Shown in pieces: positions 24,091 to 36,486 of a stretch of DNA of 64,000 nucleotides. The notes beneath the pieces are model-generated. The model saw nothing but the letters and a program-made list of their open reading frames with translations, was not told the origin of the DNA and ran no database searches. The stretch is from Lama guanicoe (lineage: Eukaryota), in contig MU054187.1 in the NCBI GenBank assembly GCA_013239625.1, positions 6,831,757 to 6,895,756 of the forward strand, in the 5' to 3' direction. The position numbers and the translations under genes were made by a program. The stretch's first letter is position 1, and the number at the start of each line of letters is the position of its first letter.

Positions 24091-27000
24091 ACTGTAGTCT
24101 TGTTTACTTTTGCATCACATAACTCAATGGGAATGTGAAAGAAATAAGTTTATGTAGTGCAGAGGATATCAGAAGAGCTGGATGTACCAGATCTTAAGAA
24201 AAATAAGCAAACAATCCACAGTTCTCCTTTATCTGTTAGTTATGTATCACCTGAAGTTGTAAAGGAAAGCGTCGGAGGGCTTCTGCTGTAAGAGATTTCC
24301 TCCTACCAGAGAAAGGAAGGAAACATGAGTTGGTTGAATTAAGGAGCTGCACTTGGGAATGTCTTGTAAATGGGTGGATAATTACTAAGATTGTCAGTTG
24401 ACTAGAGTAAAGTCAGACAGCTCTAAACTCAGAGCTGGATTAATAAAGAATAAATTCTTTCTGTGGCCCTTTTGAGAGACTTGAACTTGCCTACAGGCAC
24501 ACAAGGAGTGTACCTGCATCTTAGCTGTGGCAGGGCTCAGGGAGTGGTGATGACAGGGATTTAAAGCCAAAGATTGTTTTCCTGTGGTTGTAAAATTGGT
24601 TTATGGCCAGTGGTGTGGGTGCAAAGACTGAAACACAGCTCTGTTCACTAACTCAGAGTAATTCTATGATCCTAAAAATTGCCAGGCTCAGGTTTCTCAT
24701 CTATCAATTGAAGGTGTTAATCTCTGAGCTTCTTCTGGTTTGACGCTTCTGAGCTTGGTCTTTACTCACAAAGGATGAATTATTCTATAATGAAAAAAAT
24801 TATGGGTGTGTATTTCTTTTGAAACAATTTTTTTGGCCTAATACTATCAGAATACACACTTATTTGCTGTTAACACTAGGGGTCAGGCTAAGAATAGTCC
24901 TGTTTTCAATACTATTATGAGCCATGTCAGATATTATAGATACCTAAGATAATTAGGTTTTAGTTATGTCTTCTGAATTTCCATCTTGTAATTGTTAGGT
25001 TACTTATTCACACTTTTTCAACAATAAAAATAGTATGCTGCATAAGAGATTTTCCCTACAAACTAAAAAAATTAAGGAAATAAAGATATACTTCTGTTTC
25101 TGATGCCAGTATTACAAATGAAAGTCTAACACACTTTGAAAGTAAATCTTACTTTCATAACGGTTAGCAATCTATATTATCTTTTCCTGAATATACCATT
25201 GTTATGTACATTTTTCTAATCTTCCTTGTTTCTTTCTCTTTTTCTTTGTTCTCCCCTGTGGAATTACAAGTACTATAACAAAAGCAACAGTTTGCCACAG
25301 ACTCAAAATGACCCTGGAAATCAAGCAAAAGCAATCATAGAGATGGGAAACTAACTGCATCCAGTTTAAGCTTCTTTTAATGGATTTTAACATCATTTTG
25401 ACACCTTTAAGACTCTAGGTATTTATGTTTGTTTGTTAACTTAGTAAGAGTAAAGGAGCACCTTAAACACAACCAGTGTCACACACAGGTGCACACAGAG
25501 GTAGGTGCAGTGTGATTTTACGTAGAATCAGTGAGGTATTACACCTCACCTCGGTAATCCAACGTAGAGCAAGGAAGGGGATGAAGTGACTAGAGCTCAA
25601 AAGAGAAGGGCGGCAGACGTTAAGCGAGGGCTTCCTGGGCTGTGAAAGTAGAACCGGTCTCCAAGAAAATATAAACAGATAAATTGCATTTCATGAAAGA
25701 ACCTCTACTCTGAAGAAAGAAAGAAAGAAAAAAGCGTCGTGTGTGTATCACACTCGTTCACTTAGCCCACATGTGCCTCGAAAGTAGCCTTTTATTTTAG
25801 CCAGTGTAAGAGGGTGCCTGTGAAACTGGAAGACATTTGTATCTCCTGATAGAGGGTGTGCTTCTAAGAAACTATTTTTTCTTCAAAGAACTAATGTAAT
25901 CAACCGTCTCCACGTGACAGTTTTTACCTGAAGAATGATTTGGTCAAACAGTGAAGACGCTGTGCAGAGGACAGAGAATATTTTCCTCAGTGAGGGTCCT
26001 TGGTTGAGACAAATCTTTGTGCTCAAGGAAGGACTGTATTCCTGCCGATCATTTCTGGGGAGCCCTGACCTAGTGTGCTTTGTGAAGTTCTCCACATCCC
26101 CCCAACACGGAGAGGCCGGCAAACTCTTGGATCAATCGACCTATTATGTTTTTTATTGTTTCCGCTGCCCTTTAAATTCCGCATCAGTGTTTTGCTTTCT
26201 CCTGGGCATCTTTTCAGACCTAGATAGGTAGGATGCCTTTTCGTGTACAGAAAATGATGACTCCGCACAGATGGAGCTTGGCGGGGAAGGGCTGAGAACA
26301 AAGCAAACGCCCCCTCCCACCTTTTAATGCTGCTGAGATAACAGGGAAAACCTCTACATTCACTTGAATTTTTTTAGCAGAAAAACTGCCTTGTCTCCTA
26401 ATCACAGGGTTACAATACTACCAGAATTATTATTTTTTTTAAATCATGAGTACATTTCTGGGAACCATTTTCACTTTCATTCATCAACCCCACAATAACC
26501 GGTCGATCACATACCTCTCATTTTTGTCCTCTTGATCCTGAGAGCTCCTCCACCCAGGCTTTCTACACCCAGAGACGGTTACGCTCTTCTCTTTAGATCT
26601 GAGCAGCCTGGACCATCCAACCCTGAGGGAGGACAATTTCATTGTGCCCTGACACATAGAGTCACCTGGAGGGAGAAGCAAATGCTAACACAAAAAGACT
26701 TTTTTTTTTCTGTACTGCATACTTGCATAACAGGATTAGTTTTGAGAAACTTTGGAAAACACGTTATCTTGTTGTTAATATTTTTTAGTAGTATGTACAA
26801 ATAGGAAGCAAGGAAGAAGGCAAGTTAAATATAGACATTGCCTGTTCACTAACTGATTATAATCTAGAATGAAGGCACTGATACGGGTAATGACATGTTC
26901 AACTGCTGTGGCATCATTAAGGATGACTGACATGTAAATATGATGTGTATATTCTTCAAGTATATAAATCTTAATTGCTTGGTTCTCCTTATATACATAT

Positions 27001-27244
27001 TTATGTGTTTATGAAAAGTGTTTTGGGAATTACTTGTTAACAAAAAGTAAATACACAACAGTGGCTTATAATTTGAGAAGGTCTTGCTGTGATCTGTTCA
27101 GTGAGGTGAATAATCCTTTCTTAATTATTTATTGTGTATTTGTATCACTATGTGGGTTTTGATACATTTACGCAAAAGGAGTTCCATAAATAACATAGAG
27201 TATTTAGTGTTAATAAGAGAGATGAATTAAAAAAAAATGAAGGT

Positions 27245-27490
27245 ACAATTTACTGACGGCTGTCATGCACCAGCACCGTGTCAAGCATATCACCTCAGTA
27301 CCTTTCCACAACAAAGCAAAAAGAAGGCTCTTTTATGATCCTCACTACATAGGTAGTGGTACTGAAGGTTGGAGAGGTTAAATCACTGGCTCACAGCCAC
27401 ATACTGAGGACTCTGCAGAGCTGGGGCTCAAACTGTTTGCATGTGACTCCCCAAGCCCGTGCCTCGGAACCACGGCTCCTCTCTCCTTTG
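27245..27490 (-). mobile_element. MIR fragment
   Basis: ACTGAAGGTTGGAGAGGTTAAATCACTGGCTCA..CAGAGCTGGGGCTCAAAC..TGACTCC. Confidence 0.65.
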
Positions 27491-27911
27491 AAGAGGGCTT
27501 TTCAAAACGCTGATAGCAGTTGTTGCTACGTCAAGACTCACCCCTTGCTTCCCCTGCCATCCTAGGTGCACATATTTATCCTAAGGATTAAAAAAGGAGG
27601 TAAACTGCCTATGGACAACATAAAGGGACGACAAGGGTACTTTTGATTTTTTTTTCCAGTTGGAAAAGCAGAACAGGCTAATATATAATAATTGGCGTAA
27701 GGAGAAAGGCAGACAGTCACCAAAACCTTTCAACAGCTGTATTTTTTAGTCTAAGGGTAGTAGTGTATTATTTATTTGGTATATCCATGTTTGTAACTGT
27801 TACATCTTTATTGGAAATCATGGCTTTTATTATTAAAAGTGTCCTCTGTCACACCTAATTTTTTTTCACTTGCTTCACTGTGCCTATCAGGATCACAAGT
27901 CCTACTTTCTT

Positions 27912-28024
27912 TCTTTTTGGAATTTTATTTTATTATTTTTTTTTTAATGGAGGTTCTGGGGATTGAACCCAGGACATTGTGCATGCTAAGCATGTGCTCT
28001 ACCACTGAGCTATACCATCCTTCT
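27912..28024 (-). mobile_element. tRNA-derived camelid-type SINE
   Basis: Reverse complement GGTATAGCTCAGTGGTAGAGCACATGCTTAGCATGCAC..GGGTTCAATCCCCAG (A and B boxes) plus an A-rich tail. Perfect TSD CCTACTTTCTT at 27901-27911 and 28028-28038. Confidence 0.9.
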
Positions 28025-30039
28025 AAACCTACTTTCTTAATGTTTCCATTTGACCATTTGACCAATATGTCCCTAAACTTTATTTTAGAGTTTTGGATCA
28101 CATTATTTTAGGTATATTACTTATGTACAGGATTATGGTTTCACATTACTTCTTTGGTAAAATTAAAAGTCTTCTTATAATAGTTGAGTTAATCCTATCC
28201 ACATTTATTGATATGACTAAAATGATAACTCATGTGATGTGCTTTGACATGTGAAACCTTACAGAAGAGAGAGCTGGCTGGGCTGGACCTTAACCGTGGT
28301 CAACTCCAAGATGTATGTTAATAAATGTATGAGACTTTAAAAAAATCTTTAGGACTTACAGGCTAATCCTTTCAACTTACAGACAAAAAAGATCAATAAC
28401 TTAAAAGGGCAAGAGAATTGACTGACATTAGGTTTCTTAAAAGCAACATAAAAAGCTAAACAACAACAGAGCAGCATTTTCAATGAAAAAAACATGAATC
28501 AACCTAACCACAGAAAGTGAGTGCTAGTAATTCAAGAGAGTCATTACTCACTCAAGTGAATGCAAAGTAAGGTGAGTCCCTGGGCTTTGGTCTCCGGGTC
28601 CAGGGAAATAGACCAGAGGTCCTTGTCGTATGTATATGACAGGAGCCCACCAGGACTTTTGGATAATGCCAAGAGCAGACAGATTTCTAGCAGTGCTCCT
28701 ACGTTGGGGGAAGGCACAGAAGGAAGTAGAGCCCTGGGGAGTCTGGCTGAGTGTCCGCTGCTCGGGCCAGTAGGTTAACAGTCTAGCCCAGTGTCATGTT
28801 GCTGTGAGTGACTTACTGCTTCCAACCTTTTCTCTGTGGTTGTTTCAAGAAAAGTTCTCAGGTAGCTTCTGAGTATCTTCCATATTTAAAAAAAAAGAGT
28901 TCTTATTTTATTTCCAGGAATTTTTATATTAAATAAATAAATACTGGCTCTGTTTTATTATTTTTTTTATTATGCCATGTTTTTACATTTACCTATTTTT
29001 CATTTTAACCAATTTTCTTCTCATCCTTTTTAAGTCTAATTTTAACTCATTTTCATTCTCTTGGTTCTTTTCCTACTTTTCTCCAAAGTCCCTTATTACA
29101 TTTTTGTTTAAGCCTATTCTCCCGGGGAACCTCCTAATTTAGACATTATTGCTGCTGTAATTTTTCCCTTGTCCTCACCCTCCTCCTCCTTCTTCACTGA
29201 GTTCAATCAACTTTCATTTCATCCTTTCCTTAATATGCACGTTTCTTCTTCTGGCTATATGTCCACAAACACTTGTCTGGGGATATTTAATTCAGTTTGA
29301 AATATTGTGTTAGTGTTTTCTTCTGCTTTGTGGTTCTCTCCTGAGAGAGAATCCTCACCTGGGAGAGAAGCACTGTCTCCCTCCTTAATAGCTGAGTGTG
29401 TAGATACAGACAGCTTACGTCTACGCAGCGTGTGGACAAGATGCCAATGGGATGGGTTGTAAGTTCCCTGTTTCACTTGAACCTTTCAAATTTCACTTGA
29501 ATTTTCAAGAGTGGAAAATTCTTGATTTGTTTGGGTTATTTGGTTAGTGTGGACAGAGATTGTATGCCCTTGGTTTTGTTTTATTTTCTTTTCGTCCAGC
29601 TTGATCACATTTTTCCCTTCCTGCTTCTTTTTTCTGTTTACTTTCCAGTCACCAAAAAACGCCACTCTCTTTCTCCTATTCTCATCCTTCAGAAATAATG
29701 CCTCTCAGTCTTGTCACTGGGAACCCCACACACTGTTATGCCCCTTCTCTCCTGTCAGTGCTCTTATTTATCGGAAATGTTTTTCTGTATTTTCACACTG
29801 ACAGTGGACTTTCTCTTTCTGGGACATTTTCGATCAGTCATGGCCACTTCTTCTCCTCTTCCCTCTTCCTCAGCAGTTTTTCCAAGCCCTCCTCCCCACC
29901 ATCACCATCCATCTGTCTGCAAAGTTGAGAGATGGCTCTGCTGAAAATAGGTGTCTACATCTATACTTATGGGTAATTTGAAGTTTGTAGTGTTATGTGA
30001 ATTCTAGTTATGTCATTTTCCTGGTTTTATTTGTTATAT

Positions 30040-30385
30040 TGAGCAAGGGATACTACAGAGAAGTGGCCAACAGGGAGAACGTCGTGTCACAAAGCCAAAG
30101 GATGAAATTTTTTCAAGAACAGTGATCAGTACAGCAAGTGCTGCTGGGAAGTCAAGTCAGATGAAGACAGAAAACTAGCCACTGGTTTAGGGTCATTTGT
30201 GGCCTTCAAAGGAGCCCTGTTGCTGAGCAGTGGGTAAAAAAAAAAAGACCAGTTGGACTGGGTTTTACAGAGAAATCAGTGTGAGAAAGTGGACACAGGA
30301 AATTTAGCAAGGATAGAACACTTACTGGAGAAAGCTTATTCTAAATCATATACATGTGTGGTAGTTGAGGGCCATATGGGGTCAA
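30040..30385 (-). mobile_element. L2 fragment
   Basis: GTGTCACAAAGCCAAAGG..AAGTGCTGCTGGGAAGTCAAGTCAGATGAAGACAGAAAA..GGTCATTTGTGGCCTT. Confidence 0.7.
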
Positions 30386-30389
30386 GTAG

Positions 30390-30790
30390 TTTTTTTAACT
30401 TTTAATTTAAGCATATACTTAAACAAAAAGTGCCCATGTTTTAAATACACCTTTTGATGAGTTTTCAGAAACTCAGCAGCTTTCAGATCAAAGAATTGGC
30501 TATTACCACCTTCTCAGAAGCCCCCAGTGCTCCATGCAGTCACTAGTTATTCCCAGACTGGCGACCCTTATGCTTACGTCTGACACCACAGTGCTGGTTT
30601 CCCTTTTGTGTCTGACTGCCTTTGCTGTGCATTGTGTTTGTGATAAGTATCCACTTTGTTACTTACTGGTAGTTGTAGGATTTTTATTCTCATTGATGTT
30701 TAATATTCTATTATTTGAATATACTACAACTTATTTACTTATTACAGAATTGAAGGGAATTTGAGCAGTTTACAATTTTGACTTTTTTTT
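30390..30790 (-). mobile_element. L1M 3' fragment
   Basis: AAAGTGCCCATGTTTTAA..TTGATGAGTTTTC..CAGATCAAAG..CAGAAGCCCCC, an antisense L1M 3' UTR pattern. Confidence 0.6.
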
Positions 30791-31505
30791 TTTTTAGGCT
30801 GGTATAATCCAGTGAGCAGTGATGTTTATCAAAGTTACATACTTTAACTTTCCAAATATCTCTAAAGCAAAGGAGGTTATTTTTATACTAGAAAGACTCT
30901 CAGACTATACTTCCCAGTGGCTAACGTTATAATTAAAATAGTTCACATCTTTTATCTTTCCTATCTAACGTTTTTACTTCCTTAGATGCCTAGCTTTTAA
31001 AAAGCATAAATCCCCATTATTTTGGGATTTTGGCTCTTTCCTCTCTGGCTATGCAGGAAAAAAAAATACAGTAGAGATAAGAGGTCAGGCCATCTTGATC
31101 TTAATTAATGGCAGGTGGAGGGGGCTCAGGTAAACATTTTATATTTTCCCCATTTTGATTCTGACATTTCATCATGAGAGACAGCATGCCCTACCATGTA
31201 CAGCCCTCCTGCCAAAATTGTCAGCAGCATCCAGCAGAAGGTCCGAGACAAGTTCTGTCCAACTCATTAGTCAGTTTCCTTTCCAGCAGGGATCTTTATT
31301 GGAACTCAAGGCAGCGACATTTCCATGGGGTTGCTGACACCTCGTTGACCATTAGCGTCCTAATCCCAAGTAGGCTTCTGCTTTTCTTAGTTGGAGTAAT
31401 CTGGCACTCCCTTGCAGTTCCTCCGAAATGTAGGCTCTAGTATCTTCCTGGTCCTAAAAGATCCCAAGTTCAGTGGAGAACTGCCTTAATAATCTAAGAG
31501 TATCA

Positions 31506-31651
31506 GGGGGAGGGTATAATTCAAGTGGCAGAGCACATGTTTAGCATGCATGAGGTCCTGTGTTCGATCCCAGGTACCTGCTCTAAAATAAGTAAGTAAA
31601 TAAACCTCCCCCCCAAACAAACAAACAAACAAACAAAAAACTAAAAAAAAA
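31506..31651 (+). mobile_element. tRNA-derived camelid-type SINE with (AAAC)n tail
   Basis: GGGGAGGGTATAATTCAAGTGGCAGAGCACATGTTTAGCATGCATGAGGTCCTGTGTTCGATCCC. Same family as the 27.9 kb and 38.9 kb copies. Confidence 0.9.
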
Positions 31652-31652
31652 G

Positions 31653-31687
31653 ACAACATTGTAAAATGACTATAACTCAATAAAAAA
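31653..31687 (+). mobile_element. Extreme 3' terminus of the young L1 family
   Basis: 35 bp identical to 36435-36469 (ACAACATTGTAAAATGACTATAACTCAATAAAAAA). Confidence 0.8.
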
Positions 31688-32164
31688 GTTTATATATTAA
31701 AAAAAAGACTAGTTACCTAAAAAAATCTGTGAGTATAGAAAAATAGATTATATGCCGTTTAAAAATAGCATTTAAAAATAGCATCGTACTATCTTTGAGA
31801 GCCATTTATATCTTTAGTTTTGTGTTTATAATATGGATGCAGGGCCAGCATTTTGGACGGTTTCTAACCCCTCTCATGTTTACTAAATGTAGGCAGTAAA
31901 TAAATGTGAGTGTTTTTGAAAGAGTTTCTCCATTCTCACTGCATGAGTTTTAAGTATTACACTAAAAATTGTGGTCCCCCCCCAGATTGTAGTATCACTG
32001 CCATGTTTGCAATCAGTGAAACTTGGTAAAGGTCTTCGAAGGCAGCAGTATTGGCTTAATTCTATAAATGCTTATCATTGCCTCTAGAATATTTTATGTT
32101 TGCTTTCTTCACATACTGATAAGATATAATTTTTCTCAACACAGATCATCAATTTTCAAGCATG

Positions 32165-32380
32165 AATCATAGAAAGCCAGCCCTTGAGAAGTCATCTATT
32201 CCATATCCCTGCCTTCACATGGGTGCACCCTAGCCCACGCTGGATAATGTTCACTGATTCCACTTCTAAAGACTTTTGAAGGAAAGGGTCCTTCAATTTT
32301 CTTCTGTAGCACATTTCAGTGTTTAATAGCCCATGAGGCTCTCAGGAAATTCTTCCTTATATCCATCCTAAATTACCAGT
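32165..32380 (-). mobile_element. L3/CR1 fragment
   Basis: ATCATAGAA..GTCATCTATTCC..TTTCAGTGTTTAATAGCCC..CAGGAAATTCTTCCTTATATCCATCCTAAAT, a typical antisense CR1 3' end. Confidence 0.65.
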
Positions 32381-33064
32381 GGCACATGGATTTAGAGTTT
32401 AATCTTAAGTAACTGGAATAAATTACCTGTGCTATGGAAACAGACATTCTCTCTGAATTTGAAGAAGTGTTGTCTGTGTGAAATAAACTGAAAATATTAC
32501 TTCTCGGGGATGGAGTAAGTGATTTTCAATCAAGTGCCCCCAACTCCACAGAGTGCTTGTGCTGCAGTAAGCTGGGTGATTGTCACCAAATAGTCTTGGC
32601 AAACCCTTAGGACATTTTTTAGCAGTCTAAGCACCAAGGCCAAGACTGAAAGCAAAAGATGAACCATGACAAGGAGTCAGGTAAATTGTGGTCGAGCTGT
32701 GTGGTGATAGGTTATGTGCACAGACAGGCCTTCCAAGCTGATCTCAGCAGACACACTACTTCTGAGCAGATGATGACAGGCTGAGCCTAAGTTCCTGCAC
32801 TTGTTGGTGTCCTGTGAGCAAGAGAGGATGCCACCAACAGAGACTCTCTTTTCAGGAGGTGTGTGTGTGTTGGTTGGTTTTTAAATGATAGTGCCACTGT
32901 ATTATCTGTGATTACACAGCTTGAGTATTCCTGGGTGAAGTTCTTCCATTTTGCTTGTCCTCTACATTCCTTTGCTTAATTTTGACCTTGGCATTTCTGA
33001 TGCATTCTGATGGTGGAAGGTCAGAGTGTATGTGTACAGGCAGCGTACTTTATAGACTGAAGAA

Positions 33065-33290
33065 GATAGTGGTTTAAAAATATGCTACTGGCATTAGTTA
33101 AGCATGAATCAGAGTGCATATTAATTGTGCAACTTTGAGTAAATCATTTAGCCAGTCTCAAAACTAAGTTTTTTCAACAGTAAAATAGAACTAACCATAT
33201 CTACATCACAAATTTGTATGAGGATTAAGTGACATAATTCAGGAGAAAAGCTTAGTACTTTCAGCTGTCATTTGTCATTTAATAAATGCA
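33065..33290 (+). mobile_element. MIR
   Basis: ACTTTGAGTAAATCATTTA..CAGTAAAATAG..TATGAGGATTAAGTGA..AGCTTAGTAC. Confidence 0.65.
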
Positions 33291-34089
33291 TGCATGAGCA
33301 TGCTGACATGAAAATAGCTTCACTTATGTTTAATTTATCGGAATATTTGCCTGTCATCTACATGAGTACAAAACCCTGGTTCAGACCCTTTGGTGGAATC
33401 AGGAATGAATTACAGAAAGTTCCCAATTTCAGTCCTTTTACTAAGAGATGTGAGGCCTATTGAGTACAGTGTAAGTACTCAATAAATATTTTCCAATCAA
33501 TATTTATCTCAAAAAAATTAAGAAGTCACTATAATGCAACATACAGAGAGATTAGTACTGAGAAAAGTAGAGATAAAGGGTCACATAGTTTGGGAGGAGA
33601 AGAAAGGAAAAGAAGATTTCCAGATATGAAGATCAGGAAGGTATGATAAAGGGCATATTGAAAGTCCATGTGGTTTCTGGACTGGCACAAGTATTGCTTC
33701 CCTCCTTTGTCTTCTGAACACTACACATTATTGGCATTTCTCAGTATCTTATTTTGCTGGTTCACCTGTCCACTTGAAGACGGGTGGAGAATGACATCAA
33801 GCCTTACTCTGTGCTGTGTTTAAACATCCCTGCAGGTGAGTAATAGAATCATCAATCTCTTATGAGGAGGGTTTCACTCTTCTATTCAAGTATTCTCTTC
33901 TCACCCATGTTCAATACTGTGTTCTCTCCTATCTGGTTCTCCCTCTTCTCTACTTGCAACCTCATCCCTCTGTTGACTCGTTCTATGCAGCTCAAGTCTC
34001 TAGCACCCAATGAATAAAGTCCCTTAATCCTTCATCTTTATTACATTCTTTCACTCCTCAACTGTGGTGCTTAACAAAATAACTCTGAG

Positions 34090-34425
34090 ATTCCTGGATT
34101 TGGTCCAGTATGTAAGGAGCTTGGAAGTTACTACTCTATTCTAAGAACAAGGAGAAAGCTGAGCATCTCTTCTTAAATCCAGAAGAAAACTGAAGTCACA
34201 GGGCAAATTGATATCCTACATGAAATGGACTGATTCCTTGAAAAACACAATCTTCCAAAGCTCACATGAGAAAAAAAATCTTAATAGATCTATATCTCTA
34301 CAAGAAATTGAATAAATAATCAAATCAATAATTACTTTCCAAAATAGAAAGCACTAGGGCCAGATGAGTTTGCTTGTGAATTCTTTCAAATATTTAAGGA
34401 AGAAATTATTCCAATTCTCATCCCA
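34090..34425 (+). mobile_element. L1 fragments (5' piece joined to ORF2 piece)
   Basis: ATGAAATGGAC..TTCCTTGAAAAACACAATCTTCCAAAGCTCAC..GGGCCAGATGAGTTT..GAATTCTTTCAAATATTTAAGGAAGAAAT. Confidence 0.8.
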
Positions 34426-34489
34426 AAAGGGATAAAATGGTAGGAATAAAGAATTCCCAAGTAATTTTGAAATCCAGTTTTGAGATGGA

Positions 34490-35442
34490 AACCTTTATCA
34501 GTTTCCAGGCCAGAGAATAATTCTCTGTGGTTCTTGGCCTCATCTACTTGGCTCAAGGCTCCACCCTCTAGGACTGAGGTTTTGCTCTCTGGGCCCCTCA
34601 TGTGCCCTCTGAGTTATTCTTTCTTTTAATGAAGAGTAATTTATGTTTGTAGCTGAGTGGTTTTATCAGTCTGTTTCCTGTATGTAAAATCCAATCGCCG
34701 CCTTTAATTTTATCCTCTCAATCCCTTTCAGTGCAATCTGGCAGTGTTTCTGCTGATACAACATTTTCAGAATCCCTGTAGGTTTCCCACATATGTCACA
34801 GGTATTCAATCCACTAGACAAAGGCTCATTCAGAGGTCTTTTCTGGATAATCTCACCTCTGTTTTTGGCTTCTGCTGATATGGTCGTGAGCATTTATGAC
34901 TTGCGTGCCTCGTCCCTTGAAAGAGTCCTGTGGGACTGAATACTTTGATCTTTTGATTTTCCCCAGGAACTGGAAAAAGGTTGTCCAGACACACCCTTGG
35001 CTTTCTCTCCAGAGTGTTCTTTCCTGATAGAGAATCTCCTAATTTTAGCATCTTTTGCAATCTGGGTAGGCTGGGAATCTCCCAAATCATCAAATCCTGG
35101 TTCCTTTTTGCTTAATAGTTCTCTCAGTTTATCTCTTTCCTCTCAAATTTGACTGTAATCAACATGAAGAAACCAAGCTATAGTTTCAAAGCTCTGCTCA
35201 GATAAAAAAATTCAAGGTCACCAATTACACAGCCTGCTTTCCATATAAGTATATGACACAATTCAGCTAAGATTTCTGCTAGTATATAACAACAACCTCC
35301 TTTTGTATAGCTTCCAACAATATGTTGCTCATTACCTCTGAGTTCTTGCCTGCAAACTTTAATGTTCATATTTCTACTAAAATTCCGCTTACAGTGTTTT
35401 AGGTATTTGTTATAGAAACATCCCATTTCTGGTACCAAAATA
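34490..35442 (-). mobile_element. MaLR (MLT1) internal sequence
   Basis: The junction CCCATTTCTGGTACCAAAAT (ATTTTGGTACCAG on the minus strand) is the MaLR LTR/internal boundary. GGCTGGGAATCTCCCAAATCATCAAATCCTGGTTCCTTTTTGCTTAA is typical of MLT1 internal sequence. Confidence 0.75.
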
Positions 35443-35718
35443 TGTATCAGTTTCCTATTGCTACCATAACAGATTACCACATACTTAATGTCTTAAGACA
35501 ACACATATTCATTTGCTTACATTTCTGGAAGTCAGAGGGTCAAAGTCAGTTTTACCAGGCTAAACTCAAGGAACCATCAGAGCTAGGTCCTTCCGCAGGT
35601 TCTAGGGGAGTATCGGCTCCTTGCTCCTTGCTTCTTCCAGCTTCCAGCAGCTGTGGCATTCCTGGGCTGCTGGATGATTTGCCTAGTTTCTGCTTCCATC
35701 ATCACATCACCTTATAGT
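35443..35718 (-). mobile_element. MLT1 (C/D-like) 5' LTR, partial
   Basis: TGTATCAGTTTCCTATTGCTACCATAACAGATTACCAC..TTCTGGAAGTCAGA..GGTTCTAGGGGAG..CTTCCAGCTTCC..GGCATTCCT. Confidence 0.85.
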
Positions 35719-36354
35719 TGCTAAATCAGTCAGATGTTAGCATATATGCTTTTATCTTGACCTGTCTTTGCTGAGAAACCTGAACAAAAGCAACCATTGT
35801 TACTTGAGAGCCACTGGAGAAATAAGAAAAGAAGGGGGAAAAAAACCCTTGAATTACTCTTCTTTGCATGTTTCATAGTTATTCTCTCAATGTTTAGGTC
35901 ATTTGTTAAAGTGGTGTTAAAAAGGCCAGGTTTCTAAGGCAATGCCAAGTTAGCAAGGGTAATGAACTTTGCTATTGAGTCTATGTTATTCTGAAATGCA
36001 GTTAGTCATCTAAGATTTTGACTTAAAATGAAGATACAGGAAAACCTCTGTAGGGAATGTCTTATAAGCTTAACCAATTTTAATGTATAAAAACTTACAG
36101 TATCAGAATCCTTACTCCATGAATTTGATGGTTCATGCTTGGCCATTTAAATGTTGTGGCCTTAACAATAGTTCTTTGAAATGGTATATTAGGAATAGGC
36201 ATTAAAAATAGGAAGGAAAATTGAACATTGCTTGTCAGCAAGCTGTGACGTAGACTAAGAAACATGGCTAAATTTGTGGGTGGCAGAGAGATTGGGGGAG
36301 GGGAGACATTGATTTGGTGGAGGGCACTTCAGATTGTAATGAAGATTATAATAG

Positions 36355-36486
36355 TAGCTCACAGCGAAAAAAATGTGACAATATATGTATGTTCATGTAT
36401 AACTGAAAAATTGTGCTCTACACTGGAATTTGACACAACATTGTAAAATGACTATAACTCAATAAAAAATGTTAAAAAAAAGAAAA
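36355..36486 (+). mobile_element. Young camelid-type L1 3' end, followed by transduced flank
   Basis: TAGCTCACAGCGAAAAAAATGTGACAAT...CAATAAAAAATGTTAAAAAAAA, homologous to 5352-5630. Confidence 0.85.

Noticed and set aside
27912..28024. tRNA gene (A/B boxes); likewise at 31506 and 38941
   Set aside because: A-rich tails, TSDs and the lack of a proper acceptor stem show these are tRNA-derived SINEs.
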